DNA of 64,000 bases from an uncultured Jatrophihabitans sp. (lineage in GTDB: Bacteria > Actinomycetota > Actinomycetes > Mycobacteriales > Jatrophihabitantaceae), in contig NZ_CAXUNP010000009.1 of the NCBI RefSeq assembly GCF_964252635.1, forward strand, positions 40,548-104,547, in the 5' to 3' direction. Both the position numbers and the translations under genes were made by a program. Positions 49,285 to 60,924 of this stretch are shown here, in pieces. Position 1 is the first letter of the stretch, and every line of letters begins with the position of its first letter. The notes under the pieces were generated by a model. It saw nothing but the letters and a program-made list of their open reading frames with translations. It made no database searches and had not been told where the DNA came from.

Positions 49285-50178
49285 TCATGATCGGGCGATC
49301 ACTTCGCGGGCCAGGGCGCGGTAGGCCTTGGCGCCCGTCGAGTTCGGCGCCCAGGACGTGATCGGCTCGCCGGCGACCGTCGTCTCGGGGAAGCGGACCG
49401 TGCGGGCGACGACGGTCTGGAACACCTTGTCGCCGAACGCCTCGAGCACGCGCGAGAACACCTCGCGGCCGTGGTTGGTCCGTCCGTCGTACATCGTGGC
49501 CAGGATGCCGTCGAGCGTCAGCTGCGGGTTCAGGCGGTCCTGCACCTTCTCGATGGTGTCGACGAGCAGCGCGACGCCGCGCAGGCTGAAGAACTCGCAC
49601 TCCAACGGGATGATCACGCCGTGCGAGGCGGTCAGCGCGTTGACGGTCAGCAGTCCCAGGGAGGGCTGGCAGTCGATGAGCACGTAGTCGTAGTCGCCCA
49701 GCGCCGGGGCCAGTGACCGGGCCAGCGTCTGCTCGCGCCCGACCTCGGTGACGAGCTGGATCTCCGCGGCGGACAGGTCGATGTTGCTGGGGAGCAGGTC
49801 GACGCCGGGGATGCCGGTCTTGAGCAGCACGTCGTCGATGTGCACCGACCGCTCGAGCATCAGGTTGTAGGTGGTGCGCTCGAGCTGGTGCGGCGCGATG
49901 CCGAGGCCGGCCGACAGCGCACCCTGCGGGTCGAAGTCGACGAGCAGCACCCGGCGGCCCAGCTCGGCCAGCGACGCGCCCAGGTTGATGGTGGACGTCG
50001 TCTTGCCGACGCCGCCCTTCTGATTGCACAGGGAGATGACCCGCGCCGGCCCGTGCCGCTGCAGGGGCGGTGGGTCGGGGATCTCACGCCGCGGGCGGGC
50101 GGCGGCCGGATCGGTCGGCGTCTTCGGCTCCGCCGGGAACAGTCCCCCGGCTGCGTCGTCTCGACCCGAGCTGGTCAT
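49285..50178 (-). CDS. ParA/Soj-family ATPase (chromosomal, scpAB-linked)
   Basis: Deviant Walker A CNQKGGVGKTTSTINLG, DFDPQG. ATG 50178 is the internal Met of ORF 49285-50457. Confidence 0.9.
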   Translation of the reverse strand: MTSSGRDDAAGGLFPAEPKTPTDPAAARPRREIPDPPPLQRHGPARVISLCNQKGGVGKTTSTINLGASLAELGRRVLLVDFDPQGALSAGLGIAPHQLERTTYNLMLERSVHIDDVLLKTGIPGVDLLPSNIDLSAAEIQLVTEVGREQTLARSLAPALGDYDYVLIDCQPSLGLLTVNALTASHGVIIPLECEFFSLRGVALLVDTIEKVQDRLNPQLTLDGILATMYDGRTNHGREVFSRVLEAFGDKVFQTVVARTVRFPETTVAGEPITSWAPNSTGAKAYRALAREVIARS

Positions 50179-50228
50179 GTACTGAGCCGCCCTCCCGTCG
50201 GATTGGTTCGCCTCGCGCCCCGGCGAAT

Positions 50229-51188
50229 CTACCGTGCGCGGGGGTGGGCCGTGGCGTACACCTCGCGCAGCCGGTCGACCGTCACGAGGGTGTAGATCTG
50301 GGTCGTCGTCACCGAGGCGTGTCCCAGCAGTTCCTGGACCACCCGCACGTCCGCCCCGCCCTCCAAGAGGTGAGTGGCGAAGGAGTGCCGCAGCGTGTGC
50401 GGCGACAGCCCGTCGGCCAGCCCGGCCCGTTCGGCCGCGGTCCGCAGCACCACCCACGCCGATTGGCGCGACAGCGGCCCGCCCCGCGAGTTCAGGAAGA
50501 CCCGCGACGTGCCGCGGCCCTCCGCGGCCAACACCGGCCTGGCCTGCACCAGGTAGGCCGACAGCGCGGTGGCCGCGAACGAGCCGACCGGCACCCGGCG
50601 CTCCTTGCCACCCTTGCCGCGCAGCAGCACCGTGCCGTCCGCCAGGTCCAGCTCGTCGACGTCCAGCCCGACCGCCTCGGAGATCCGCGCGCCGGTGCCG
50701 TACAGCAGCTCCAACAGGGCCCGGTCGCGCAGCGCCAGGGCGGTACGGGCATAGCCGGCGGCCTCCAGCAGCCGCTCGACCTCCTCGACCGTGATCGCCT
50801 TGGGCAGTCGTCGGGGCGGCGCCGCCGGCCGCACCTCACGCGACACGTCCACCTCGACCAGCCCCTCGCGCAGCGCGAACCGGTGCAGGCCACGCACGGC
50901 CACGACGGCCCGGGCCGCCGAGGACGCGGACAGCGGCGGGTGGTCGGCGTCGCCCTCGCGCAGGTAGGACAGGAAGCCGCCGACCGTGGCCGCCGTGACG
51001 TCGTCCAGCCTCGCCACGCCGTGGGCCCCGAGGTAGTGCGCGTAACGCTCGAGGTCGCGTCGGTAGGAGCTCAGGGTGTTGGCGGCGACGCCGCGCTCGA
51101 CCGCGAGATGGTCCAGGAAGCCGCGCGTGACGACGATCGGCGCACGCCGATCGCCGGCCCGTGCCGCACCGGTCCTGGTCGAGGTCAT
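50229..51188 (-). CDS. xerD: Tyrosine recombinase XerD
   Basis: [48 protein letters not shown] (R..HxxR..Y). Conserved position beside nudix-pyrG. Confidence 0.85.
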   Translation of the reverse strand: MTSTRTGAARAGDRRAPIVVTRGFLDHLAVERGVAANTLSSYRRDLERYAHYLGAHGVARLDDVTAATVGGFLSYLREGDADHPPLSASSAARAVVAVRGLHRFALREGLVEVDVSREVRPAAPPRRLPKAITVEEVERLLEAAGYARTALALRDRALLELLYGTGARISEAVGLDVDELDLADGTVLLRGKGGKERRVPVGSFAATALSAYLVQARPVLAAEGRGTSRVFLNSRGGPLSRQSAWVVLRTAAERAGLADGLSPHTLRHSFATHLLEGGADVRVVQELLGHASVTTTQIYTLVTVDRLREVYATAHPRAR

Positions 51189-51198
51189 CGGCGGGGGG

Positions 51199-51810
51199 TC
51201 ACAGGCCGGGTTTCGCGGGCCACGGGGAGTCGGCCGGGCGCAGGTCGCGCCAGTCCGTGGCCCGGCCGTGGATCGCGGCGAGCAGCCCGGCGACCGCGGC
51301 GGCGTTGGTGATGTGTCCGGCCAGCGCGCGGCGCACGGCGTCGGACAGCGGCTCGCGGTCGACGGTCATGGTGATCTCCTCACCCGACGCCTCGAAGCCG
51401 TCCTTGCCGACGGGCTTGAGATCACGGGCCAGGAACACGCGGATGGCCTCGGTCGAGAACCCGGGCGAGGTGAACAGGTCGAGCAGGACGTCCCAGCGTC
51501 GGGCCTCGATCCCGGCCTCCTCGCGCAGCTCGCGCTGCGCGGCGGTCAGCGCCGGCTCGCCGGGCACGTCCAGCAAGCCCGCGGGCAGCTCGTCCAGCCG
51601 GGCCCGGACCGGGTGGCGGTACTGGTTGACGATGACGACGCGGCCGTCGTCGTCGAGCGCGACGACGACCACCGCGCCGGGGTGGTCGACGACCTCGCGC
51701 ACCGAGGTCGACCCGTCGCTCATCCGGACCGTGTCCCGGCGCAGGGAGATGATCTTGCCTTCGAACGCGGACTCCGACTCGACGAGCTCGTACTCGTCCT
51801 GTTCGCTCAT
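51199..51810 (-). CDS. NUDIX hydrolase (ADP-ribose pyrophosphatase-like)
   Basis: Nudix box [23 protein letters not shown]. Confidence 0.85.
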   Translation of the reverse strand: MSEQDEYELVESESAFEGKIISLRRDTVRMSDGSTSVREVVDHPGAVVVVALDDDGRVVIVNQYRHPVRARLDELPAGLLDVPGEPALTAAQRELREEAGIEARRWDVLLDLFTSPGFSTEAIRVFLARDLKPVGKDGFEASGEEITMTVDREPLSDAVRRALAGHITNAAAVAGLLAAIHGRATDWRDLRPADSPWPAKPGL

Positions 51811-51820
51811 GCCCGTCCGG

Positions 51821-53626
<1,806 letters not shown>

Positions 53627-53656
53627 TCACGCTAACACGCACTCGACGCCTCCCGC

Positions 53657-54082
53657 TCACCACGGCCGCGGCGCGCGGCGGGTGCCGGCTCCGGCCGGCT
53701 CCGCGGTACGACCGGCGGCGGTGCGGTCCTCGCCGACGCGATCCTCCACGGTGCGTTCCTCCACGGTGCGTTCCTCGGCGTCGAGCACGATCGCGGTGCG
53801 GCGCACCTCGTCGTCGGTGAGCAGCCCCGATGCGTGCATCTGGCGGATGAGCCGGGCCCGCGAGTACGCGGTGGGCGCGAACGGGGCCGCGGCGCCGACG
53901 ATCACCCCGGCCAGCTGGCGGGCCTGGTCGATCACCGACCGGTCGTGCTCGGTGACGGGCACGACGTCGAGTTGCCCCCCGCGGATCAGCAGGGGCGCGA
54001 TCGTGCCGGACACCTCCGAGAGCCGGTCACGGACGAACGACGCCAGCGCGGCGACGGCCTGCGGCGGAGAGGGGATGTCCAT
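53657..54082 (-). CDS. Hypothetical protein (141 aa)
   Basis: Non-repetitive N-terminal 100 aa, then an Glu/Arg/Thr-rich tail encoded by a 15-bp tandem repeat (53742-53771). No family recognised; coding status is uncertain. Confidence 0.4.
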   Translation of the reverse strand: MDIPSPPQAVAALASFVRDRLSEVSGTIAPLLIRGGQLDVVPVTEHDRSVIDQARQLAGVIVGAAAPFAPTAYSRARLIRQMHASGLLTDDEVRRTAIVLDAEERTVEERTVEDRVGEDRTAAGRTAEPAGAGTRRAPRPW

Positions 54083-54130
54083 GCGGCTCCCGAACGGCTC
54101 GATTGACGGTCGGTTCAGCGGGCGGGCGGC

Positions 54131-55051
54131 TCAGTTGGCGGGTGCCGGGAACAGGGCGTCGGCGCCGTTCTGCGTCCCGTACTGTCCCACGCGGCCGGAG
54201 ATCGCGTCCGCCAGGGACAGCACCGCCGACACCTGCCCGAACGCGTTGTCGGCGTTGTCGACGGTGGCCACCGCGGTGCGGTTGCCGCTGGGTGCGCGGA
54301 CGAGCCCGACGAGGCCGGTCTTGTCCGCCGACAGGTCGTTGCCCGCCACCACGACGTGCCCGCCGTTCTTGGCCAGGGCGCTGACGAACGCGAGCTCGCT
54401 GGCCTGTCCGTAGGTGTTCTTGCTGCCCAGGGCGCCCTTCGCGACGACGACGACGTCGGTGCTGGCCTTCAGTCCCGCCTCGGCGTTGACCATGTGCAGC
54501 TGGCTGAAGCCACCGAGCACCTGGGTGAGGTCGGACGGCTGGCCCTTGCCGACCAGGACGAAGCCCAGCAGGGCGGCGCTGAGCTGGGAGGCGTCGCTGG
54601 TCTCGGGCAGCGTGATGTCGACGGGCCGGGTGGCGGAGGTCGTGGCCAGCGAGACGATCGCGTTGCCCTGGCTCGCGTCGATGTAGTCCCTGGTCAGCGC
54701 GACCTGGCCGCTGACGGCGGCGCCGGCGGCGGTGATGCGGTTGCGGACGCCGTTGAGCATCGTCGTGCTCGTCCCGGGCATGCTGACGACCAGCACGTTG
54801 CGGCCCTTGAGCCGTCCGGCCACCAGCTGGGACCCGTAGGTCGACGCGAACTGGCCGGCGTCGCTGACCTGGCCCTGCAGCGACTTCACCTGGGTGGCCA
54901 GCTTGTCGCGCTGGTCCTTGGTGTCGTTGACCTGGTTGCGCAGGTCCTTGGTGATGGGTCCGTTGAGGGCGGTGGTGCCGACGACGATGCCCAGCGCGAG
55001 CGCCAGGAAGACCGCGACGACCGAGACGAGGTGATAGCGGAAAGAGATCAC
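54131..55051 (-). CDS. MctB/SteB-like (copper transport outer-membrane-associated / DUF3186-type) protein
   Basis: MISFRYHLVSVVAVFLALALGIVVG N-terminal anchor plus coiled coil. Positional equivalent of Rv1698 next to steA. Confidence 0.7.
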   Translation of the reverse strand: MISFRYHLVSVVAVFLALALGIVVGTTALNGPITKDLRNQVNDTKDQRDKLATQVKSLQGQVSDAGQFASTYGSQLVAGRLKGRNVLVVSMPGTSTTMLNGVRNRITAAGAAVSGQVALTRDYIDASQGNAIVSLATTSATRPVDITLPETSDASQLSAALLGFVLVGKGQPSDLTQVLGGFSQLHMVNAEAGLKASTDVVVVAKGALGSKNTYGQASELAFVSALAKNGGHVVVAGNDLSADKTGLVGLVRAPSGNRTAVATVDNADNAFGQVSAVLSLADAISGRVGQYGTQNGADALFPAPAN

Positions 55052-56226
55052 GAGAACGAGTCCTGTACCCAGTTGACGAAATGGTCCCAGCCGTCGCCGA
55101 TGCTGGTCAGATAGGTGTGGCCGGTGTCGGACACGGTGAGCGCCGCGACGATGGCCACGAAGGCCGCGATGACCAGCAACAGCAGCGCCGCGGCGGTGAT
55201 GCGTGAACGGTAGAGGTGGGTCACGCTACGCGCGTCGACCACTTTGCTGCCCAGTCGCAGCCGGGTCAGGAACGACGACGCCATGCCCTCGCGTCCGCGG
55301 TCGAGGAAGTCGGTCAGGTCGGCATGGCTGCCGACCGTGACGACCAGCTCGGCGCCGGCCTTCTCGGCGAGCAGCAGCGCCGCGTCCTCGCTGCCGCCGG
55401 CCATCGGGAAGACCGTCGCGTCGACACCGAGGTCCTGGACGCGCAGCAGTCCGGGCGCGCGGCCGTCGGCGTGGGCGTGGACCACCACCTCGGCGCCGGT
55501 GCCGAGCGCGGTGTCGGACACGGCCTCCATGTCACCGACGATGACGTGCGGCCGCATCCCGGCCTCGATCAGCGCGTCGGCCCCGCCGTCGACGCCGATG
55601 AGGACCGGTTTGAACTCGCGGATGTAGTGGCGCAGGGCCTTGAGCTGCTTGGCGCAGTCCTGCCCGCGGACCACGACGAGGACGTGCCGGCCCTTGGCGG
55701 AGGTCGAGAGCTCGGGAACGCCCTCCCCGTCGACGAGCAGGTCACGCTGCCGCTGCAGGAACTCGGCGGTGTCGGCGGCGAACGCCTCGAGCTGGGCCGA
55801 CAGCCCCGCCCTGGCTCCCAGCATCAGTTCGGCGATGCTGGCCGCGTCCTGCATGGTGCCGGAGACGATCGGTTCCTCGCCCAGGTAGAGCGTGTCGCCG
55901 TCGAGCCGGATCTTGGTGCCCTCCTTGACCGTGCCGAAGACGTCGCTGCCGACGCCGTCGAGCAGCAGGATGCCCCGGTCGACGATGAGCTCGGGACCGA
56001 GGTTCGGGTAGCGGCCGGAGATGCTGGGCTGGACGTTCACGACGGCGACCGGCTTGGCCTGGATCAGCGTCTCGGCGGTGATCCGGTCCAGGTCGACGTG
56101 ATCGATGACGGCCACGTCGCCGGCGTTGAGCCGGGTGGCGAGCCGGACGGTGCGCCGGTCGAGGCGGGCCACCCCGCTCACGCCGGGCAGCACGTCGCCG
56201 CGACGGCGCAGGGTTGCGATCTTCAT
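55048..56226 (-). CDS. steA: Putative cytokinetic ring protein SteA (thiamine pyrophosphokinase-like domain)
   Basis: MKIATLRRRGDVLPGVSGVARLDRRT..., C-terminal TM helix. ATG 56226 is the internal Met of ORF 55048-56667. Confidence 0.75.
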   Translation of the reverse strand: MKIATLRRRGDVLPGVSGVARLDRRTVRLATRLNAGDVAVIDHVDLDRITAETLIQAKPVAVVNVQPSISGRYPNLGPELIVDRGILLLDGVGSDVFGTVKEGTKIRLDGDTLYLGEEPIVSGTMQDAASIAELMLGARAGLSAQLEAFAADTAEFLQRQRDLLVDGEGVPELSTSAKGRHVLVVVRGQDCAKQLKALRHYIREFKPVLIGVDGGADALIEAGMRPHVIVGDMEAVSDTALGTGAEVVVHAHADGRAPGLLRVQDLGVDATVFPMAGGSEDAALLLAEKAGAELVVTVGSHADLTDFLDRGREGMASSFLTRLRLGSKVVDARSVTHLYRSRITAAALLLLVIAAFVAIVAALTVSDTGHTYLTSIGDGWDHFVNWVQDSFS

Positions 56227-56297
56227 GGGCGCCGATGCTGCCATCCGCCCGGCCGTATCCCGGGATGCCACGCGGGGCGGCGGGCGGCCGCTCCGTG

Positions 56298-58088
56298 TCA
56301 GCCCGAGCGGTCGGCCGCGGCGTCGGCGAGCAGCTCGGCGGCGTGCTCGCGGGCCGTCGCGGTGTCGGAACCGGCCAGCATGCGGGCCAGCTCGAGCACC
56401 CGCTCGTCGTCGGTGACGACGCGGACGTCGCTGGCGGTGACCCCGACCGAGGTGCCGCCGTCGGCACCCGGCTTGTCGACGATGACGTGCCGGTCGGCGA
56501 AGGCCGCGACCTGCGCGAGGTGGGTCACGACGAGCACCTGACGGTCGCGGGCGAGCCGCGCGAGACGACGGCCGACCTCGACCGCCGCGCGTCCCCCGAC
56601 ACCCGCGTCGACCTCGTCGAACACGAGCGTCGGGACACCGTCTCCGGCCTGGTCGCCGACGAGGCACACCTCGAGGGCGAGCATGATGCGCGACAGCTCA
56701 CCACCCGATGCGCCCCGCCCGATCGGCAGTGCGGGCGCTCCCGGGTGCGGACGCAGCCGCAGCTCGACCTCGTCGGCCCCGTCGGGACCTACCGCCAGCT
56801 CCCGACCGTCCAGCACCACGGTGGGCGAGCCGGCCGACGGGGTCCGGGGGCGGACGTCCACGGCGACACCCGCGGCGCCCAGGGCCAGCCCGGCCCGCTC
56901 GGCGGTCCCCGCCGCGCCGAGACGGGCCCCGGCCCCGACCCGGGCCGTCGAGAGCGCGTCGGCCAGCCCGGCGAGCCGCACGGCCGCGGCGTCCCGGCGC
57001 TCCCGCAGCGCGGCGATCGCCTCGTCCGAGACGTCCAGGTCGGCGCGGCGCGGGCGCGCCGCGGCGGCCCCGCGCCGTACCCCCGCCCGGCGCGGCGCGG
57101 GCGCGGGGGCGGACGTGCGGATGAGGGCGGCGAGCGTGGCCCGACGGGCCTCGACCTGTTCCAGGCGAGCCGGGTCGTTGTCGATCCCGGCCGCGTAGGC
57201 ACCCAGGTCGGCACCGACGTCGGCGACCAGGGAGCTCACCTCACCGAGCCGCGTGGACAGGGCGTCGAGATCCGGGTCGTCGCCCTGTTGCTGCGCCAGC
57301 GCCCGACCGGCGCGGGCCAGCAGGGAGAGCACGTCGGCGGCGTCGGCGGCCGGGTCGTCGGCATCGCCGAGCAGCGCGTCGTGGGCGGCCCGCGCGGCCA
57401 GGGTCAGGGCGTCGGCATGCCCGAGGCGGGCCGCCAGCCGCGTCAGCTCGTCGGCCTCGTCGGCCTCAGGGGCGACGGCGTCGATCTCGGCCAGGCCGTG
57501 GGTCAGCAGGTCGGCCTCGCGGCGCAGCTCGGCGGCCCGCGTGGTCCGGTCGGTCAGCTCGGCGTCGGCCCGCCGCCACGCCGCGTACGCCTGCTCGTAG
57601 TTGCCCAGGTCGTGGCCGGCGTAGTGGTCCAGCGCCGCGCGCTGGGCGCCGGGGCGGGTCAGGCGCAGCTGGTCGGACTGCCCGTGCACGGCGATGAGGT
57701 GGTCGGCGAGCTCGGCCAGCACACCCAGGGGCACTGCGGCTCCCCCGGCGAAGGCGCGGGAGCGGCCGTTGACGCCGACGGACCGGCGCAGCACGACCTC
57801 GTCCGCGTCCGCGTCCTGTTCACCGTCGACGTCGCCGCCGGCCTCGACCACTCGCTGGGCTGCTGCCGAGCCGCGCGGCAGGACGAGACGGCCCTCGACG
57901 CCGGCCTGACGGGCGCCGGTGCGGACCCGCGTCGCGTCGGCACGGGCACCGAACAGCAACATCAGCGCGGTGACGACCATGGTCTTGCCGGCTCCGGTCT
58001 CGCCGGTGACGACGGTCAGGCCCGACCCCAGCGGAAGGGTCGCCTCCTCGATCACTCCGAGCCCGCTGATCCGAAGCTCCTCCAGCAC
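56298..58088 (-). CDS. recN: DNA repair protein RecN
   Basis: LEELRISGLGVIEE...LTVVTGETGAGKTMVV, C-terminal SGGELSRIMLAL and VFDEVDAGVGG. Confidence 0.95.
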   Translation of the reverse strand: MLEELRISGLGVIEEATLPLGSGLTVVTGETGAGKTMVVTALMLLFGARADATRVRTGARQAGVEGRLVLPRGSAAAQRVVEAGGDVDGEQDADADEVVLRRSVGVNGRSRAFAGGAAVPLGVLAELADHLIAVHGQSDQLRLTRPGAQRAALDHYAGHDLGNYEQAYAAWRRADAELTDRTTRAAELRREADLLTHGLAEIDAVAPEADEADELTRLAARLGHADALTLAARAAHDALLGDADDPAADAADVLSLLARAGRALAQQQGDDPDLDALSTRLGEVSSLVADVGADLGAYAAGIDNDPARLEQVEARRATLAALIRTSAPAPAPRRAGVRRGAAAARPRRADLDVSDEAIAALRERRDAAAVRLAGLADALSTARVGAGARLGAAGTAERAGLALGAAGVAVDVRPRTPSAGSPTVVLDGRELAVGPDGADEVELRLRPHPGAPALPIGRGASGGELSRIMLALEVCLVGDQAGDGVPTLVFDEVDAGVGGRAAVEVGRRLARLARDRQVLVVTHLAQVAAFADRHVIVDKPGADGGTSVGVTASDVRVVTDDERVLELARMLAGSDTATAREHAAELLADAAADRSG

Positions 58089-58183
58089 CCCCCGAGGCTA
58101 TCCGGACGGCACCGGCACCGACCCGTGCCGGTGGGTCCGGGCCCCGCGGGCCCGGGCCGGGTGCGTGCGTCCGGACTGGGTGC

Positions 58184-59083
58184 TCAGTCGTCGGCCGGCG
58201 GGGGCGACGCCTCTCGCAGGCTGCGGACGGGAAGCTGGAACTTCGAGACCAACCGGTCGGTGAAACTGACATCGCCCAGCCGCACGACCCGCACGGGCAG
58301 CGCGCCGCGGCGGATCCGCACCCGCGCGCCGGCCTGGACCGGGAAGGACCGGCGTCCGTCGCAGCTCAACACCGCCTCGTGGGTCGCGCTGACCAGTTCG
58401 ATGTCGACGGTCGAGGTCGGTGAGACGACGAACGGTCGCGCGAACAGCGCGTGCGCAGCGTTGGGCACGATGAGCATGGCGTCGACGTCCGGCCACACGA
58501 TCGGGCCGCCCGTGGAGAACGCGTAGGCGGTCGACCCGGTCGGCGTCGCGCAGAGCACGCCGTCGCATCCGAACCGCAGGAAGGGCCGCTCGTCGACGGC
58601 CACCGCGACCTCGAGCATCCGTTCGCGGTTGGTGCGTTCCAGCGAGGCCTCGTTGAGGGCCCAGGCCCGGTCGACGATCGCGCCGTCGACGATGACCTCG
58701 GCGTCGACGGTGACGCGCTCCTCCACCTCGAACCGGCCCGCGGTGAGGGCGGCGATCGTGTCGTCCAGGGTGGCCGGCTCGGCCTCGGCCAGGAACCCCA
58801 CGTGGCCGAGGTTGACCCCGAGCATGGCCACGCCTGCGGGGCGGGCGAGCTCGGCGGCCCGGAGCAGGGTGCCGTCGCCGCCGAGGGCGATCATGAACTC
58901 GCAGTCGCGGGCGGCGTCGGCCTCGTCCAGGACGCGTACCTCGTTGCCCAGGCAGGCAGCGGCCTCGCTGGGCAGCATGCGCACCTCGTAGCCGGAGGCG
59001 CGCAGCAGCTCGCTGGTACGGGTGGCCAGCTCGATGATCTGCCGTCGCGAGGTGTGCGCGACCAGCAACACGGACTTGGTCAT
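58184..59083 (-). CDS. nadK: NAD kinase
   Basis: GGDGTLL motif (IALGGDGTLLRAA), NLGHVGFL. The ATG overlaps the tlyA stop. Confidence 0.95.
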   Translation of the reverse strand: MTKSVLLVAHTSRRQIIELATRTSELLRASGYEVRMLPSEAAACLGNEVRVLDEADAARDCEFMIALGGDGTLLRAAELARPAGVAMLGVNLGHVGFLAEAEPATLDDTIAALTAGRFEVEERVTVDAEVIVDGAIVDRAWALNEASLERTNRERMLEVAVAVDERPFLRFGCDGVLCATPTGSTAYAFSTGGPIVWPDVDAMLIVPNAAHALFARPFVVSPTSTVDIELVSATHEAVLSCDGRRSFPVQAGARVRIRRGALPVRVVRLGDVSFTDRLVSKFQLPVRSLREASPPPADD

Positions 59084-60018
59084 GTCGCGCTCGTTCCGGT
59101 CCGCGGCCCGCGATCGCCGGAACCGGTGTCGGCGGTGGACGCGCGACCCGTCTCACCGGTCGCCGCGGCGTCGGCATTTCGGGTCGGCACGGCACGAGAC
59201 GCGTCGTGGCCGTCGGTGTGGTCTGCGATCACGGTGGCTGCGATCTCCTCGGAGCTCAGGCGGGCGCCGTCGCTTCGGCGCAGCCAGAGGAAGAATTCCA
59301 CGTTGCCCGACGGGCCGGGCAGCGGGCTGCGAACCACGCCCTGCGCGGCCCAGCCTGCCGCGGCCGCCACGTCCGCGACGTGCACGACGGCATCGGCGCG
59401 GTGCGCGGGGTCGCGCACGACTCCGCCGGCGCCGAGTCGTTCGCGTCCGACCTCGAACTGGGGCTTGACCATGGGCAGCAGATCTCCGTCGTCCGCCGTG
59501 CAGGCCATCAGTGCGGGCAGGACGATCGGTAGGGAGATGAAGGACAGGTCGGCGACGGTCAGCTGCGCCGGCCCGCCGATGGTGGCCGCGTCCAGGGCGC
59601 GGACATTGGTGCGGTCGACGACCTGCACCCGTTCGTCGGTCCGTAGCGACCAGGCCAGCTGCCCGTAGCCGACGTCGACGGCGACCACCCGTTCGGCACC
59701 GGCTCGCAACAGGACGTCGGTGAACCCGCCGGTCGAGGCACCGGCGTCCAGGCAGCGACGCCCGGTCACGACGATCTGCGGGAACGCGGCCAGCGCGCCG
59801 GCCAGCTTGTGACCGCCGCGGGACACGTAGCCGGGGTCGTCGTCGTCGGCGACGACCCGCACCGACGCATCGTTGTCGACCCCGGTCGCGGCCTTGGTGG
59901 CCGTGACGCCGTGCACCTCGACCCGACCCTGGGCGATGAGAGCGGCGGCCTGCTCGCGGGAGCGGGCCAGGCCGCGTCGCACCAGTTCGGCGTCGAGCCG
60001 CTGCAGTCGTCGGGCCAC
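59080..60018 (-). CDS. tlyA: TlyA family rRNA (cytidine-2'-O)-methyltransferase
   Basis: S4-like RLDAELVRRGLARSREQA, SRGGHKL, SAM motif LDAGASTGGFTD. GTG 60018. About 45-aa low-complexity C-terminal extension. Confidence 0.9.
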   Translation of the reverse strand: MARRLQRLDAELVRRGLARSREQAAALIAQGRVEVHGVTATKAATGVDNDASVRVVADDDDPGYVSRGGHKLAGALAAFPQIVVTGRRCLDAGASTGGFTDVLLRAGAERVVAVDVGYGQLAWSLRTDERVQVVDRTNVRALDAATIGGPAQLTVADLSFISLPIVLPALMACTADDGDLLPMVKPQFEVGRERLGAGGVVRDPAHRADAVVHVADVAAAAGWAAQGVVRSPLPGPSGNVEFFLWLRRSDGARLSSEEIAATVIADHTDGHDASRAVPTRNADAAATGETGRASTADTGSGDRGPRTGTSAT

Positions 60019-60022
60019 GCGG

Positions 60023-60397
60023 TCAGGCGTCGTCGATCGTTCCGAGCGCGTTCTGCAACTCGGTGTGCACCGACTGGTAGAGATCGGCCTGCTCGTGGGT
60101 CGGCCGCTGATGAATGCCGTCGAGGCGACCGAGCGCGACCTGGAGCGGCGTGGCCGATCCGGTCTCGGCGGGACCCGACGCAGCCATACCGTCAGGACCC
60201 GACGCAGCCGCGAGGTCAGAAGTCGGCGCACCTGGGGCACTCACGTCGTCAGGACCCGGCCCACTTGACGTAGCCGCGTCGTCGGAGGTCGGCTCGGACG
60301 TGGTCACAGGCTCTCCTGACGTCGGGTCGGCCGGGCACCCACCGGTGGCGGGCGGTGCCGCGTTGCTGCACGTGCTTGCTGGCGAACGGAGCGGCAC
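60023..60397 (-). CDS. Hypothetical protein; Pro/Ser/Ala/Gly-rich N-terminus, conserved-looking C-terminal about 40 aa
   Basis: The C-terminus LQVALGRLDGIHQRPTHEQADLYQSVHTELQNALGTIDDA looks structured. Position upstream of tlyA as for the small Rv1693-type ORF. The start is uncertain. Confidence 0.4.
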   Translation of the reverse strand: MPLRSPASTCSNAAPPATGGCPADPTSGEPVTTSEPTSDDAATSSGPGPDDVSAPGAPTSDLAAASGPDGMAASGPAETGSATPLQVALGRLDGIHQRPTHEQADLYQSVHTELQNALGTIDDA

Positions 60398-60505
60398 CGT
60401 GCGTCGACGGTACTAGTCGAGGGCTGCGGTAGCGTCGCAACAGTCCTGACCGGTTGGCAACACAGTCGCCGCGAACAGGCCCCGTCTGGGTGGAACGGAG
60501 TCCTG

Positions 60506-60841
60506 GTGGCGAGTCTGCAGGAGTGCGAACAGGCGCTGCACGTCCTGGCCGACCGGCTTGCCGCCACGGACCCGGCCCGTCGAACCGCCGGGTTCGACCG
60601 CACCCTGAGCTGCACGATCCGTGACCTGCACGTCGTGTTCGGCGGCCGGCTGCACGACGGTCTGTTGCTCGACATCGCCCGGGTGGATGCCGCCACCGGA
60701 CAGATCACGTTGGACCTGACCGGCGACGATCTCCTGGCTCTGGTCGACGGTTCTCTCAACCTGGCGTCGGCCTGGGCCGGCGGACGGGTCAAGGTCAGCG
60801 CCGGCGTCCGTGACCTGATGAAGCTCCGCTCGATCTTCTGA
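60506..60841 (+). CDS. SCP2 sterol-binding-domain protein
   Basis: 111 aa; the C-terminal ...LNLASAWAGGRVKVSAGVRDLMKL is the SCP2/alkyl-sulfatase C-terminal pattern. GTG 60506. Confidence 0.7.
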   Translation: MASLQECEQALHVLADRLAATDPARRTAGFDRTLSCTIRDLHVVFGGRLHDGLLLDIARVDAATGQITLDLTGDDLLALVDGSLNLASAWAGGRVKVSAGVRDLMKLRSIF

Positions 60842-60864
60842 GCACACCCGACACGCGACCGCCG

Positions 60865-60924
60865 CACCGTGGCACCGTGGCACCGTGGCACCGTGGCACG
60901 CATGATCACCGTGGCACGCATGAT
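60865..60924. repeat. Compound microsatellite: (CACCGTGG)x4 then 18-bp unit CACCGTGGCACGCATGAT x2
   Basis: Read directly. Fills the 3' intergenic space between convergent genes. The last unit abuts the HAD stop codon (60924-60926). Confidence 0.9.

Noticed and set aside
49285-50178. ParA ATPase as a plasmid or mobile-element partition gene
   Set aside because: It sits in the conserved chromosomal scpA-scpB-parA-xerD cluster. No parB, rep or other plasmid functions are nearby.
50229-51188. Tyrosine recombinase as the missing integrase of the tRNA-Pro islet
   Set aside because: It lies 6.5 kb away in the conserved parA-xerD-nudix-pyrG context and has XerD-type motifs. It is the housekeeping dimer-resolution recombinase, not an island integrase.
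60865-60924. CRISPR-like array (also the tandem repeats at 405-460 and 53742-53771)
   Set aside because: The units are 8-18 bp and directly adjacent with no spacers, and no cas genes are present. These are simple tandem repeats.
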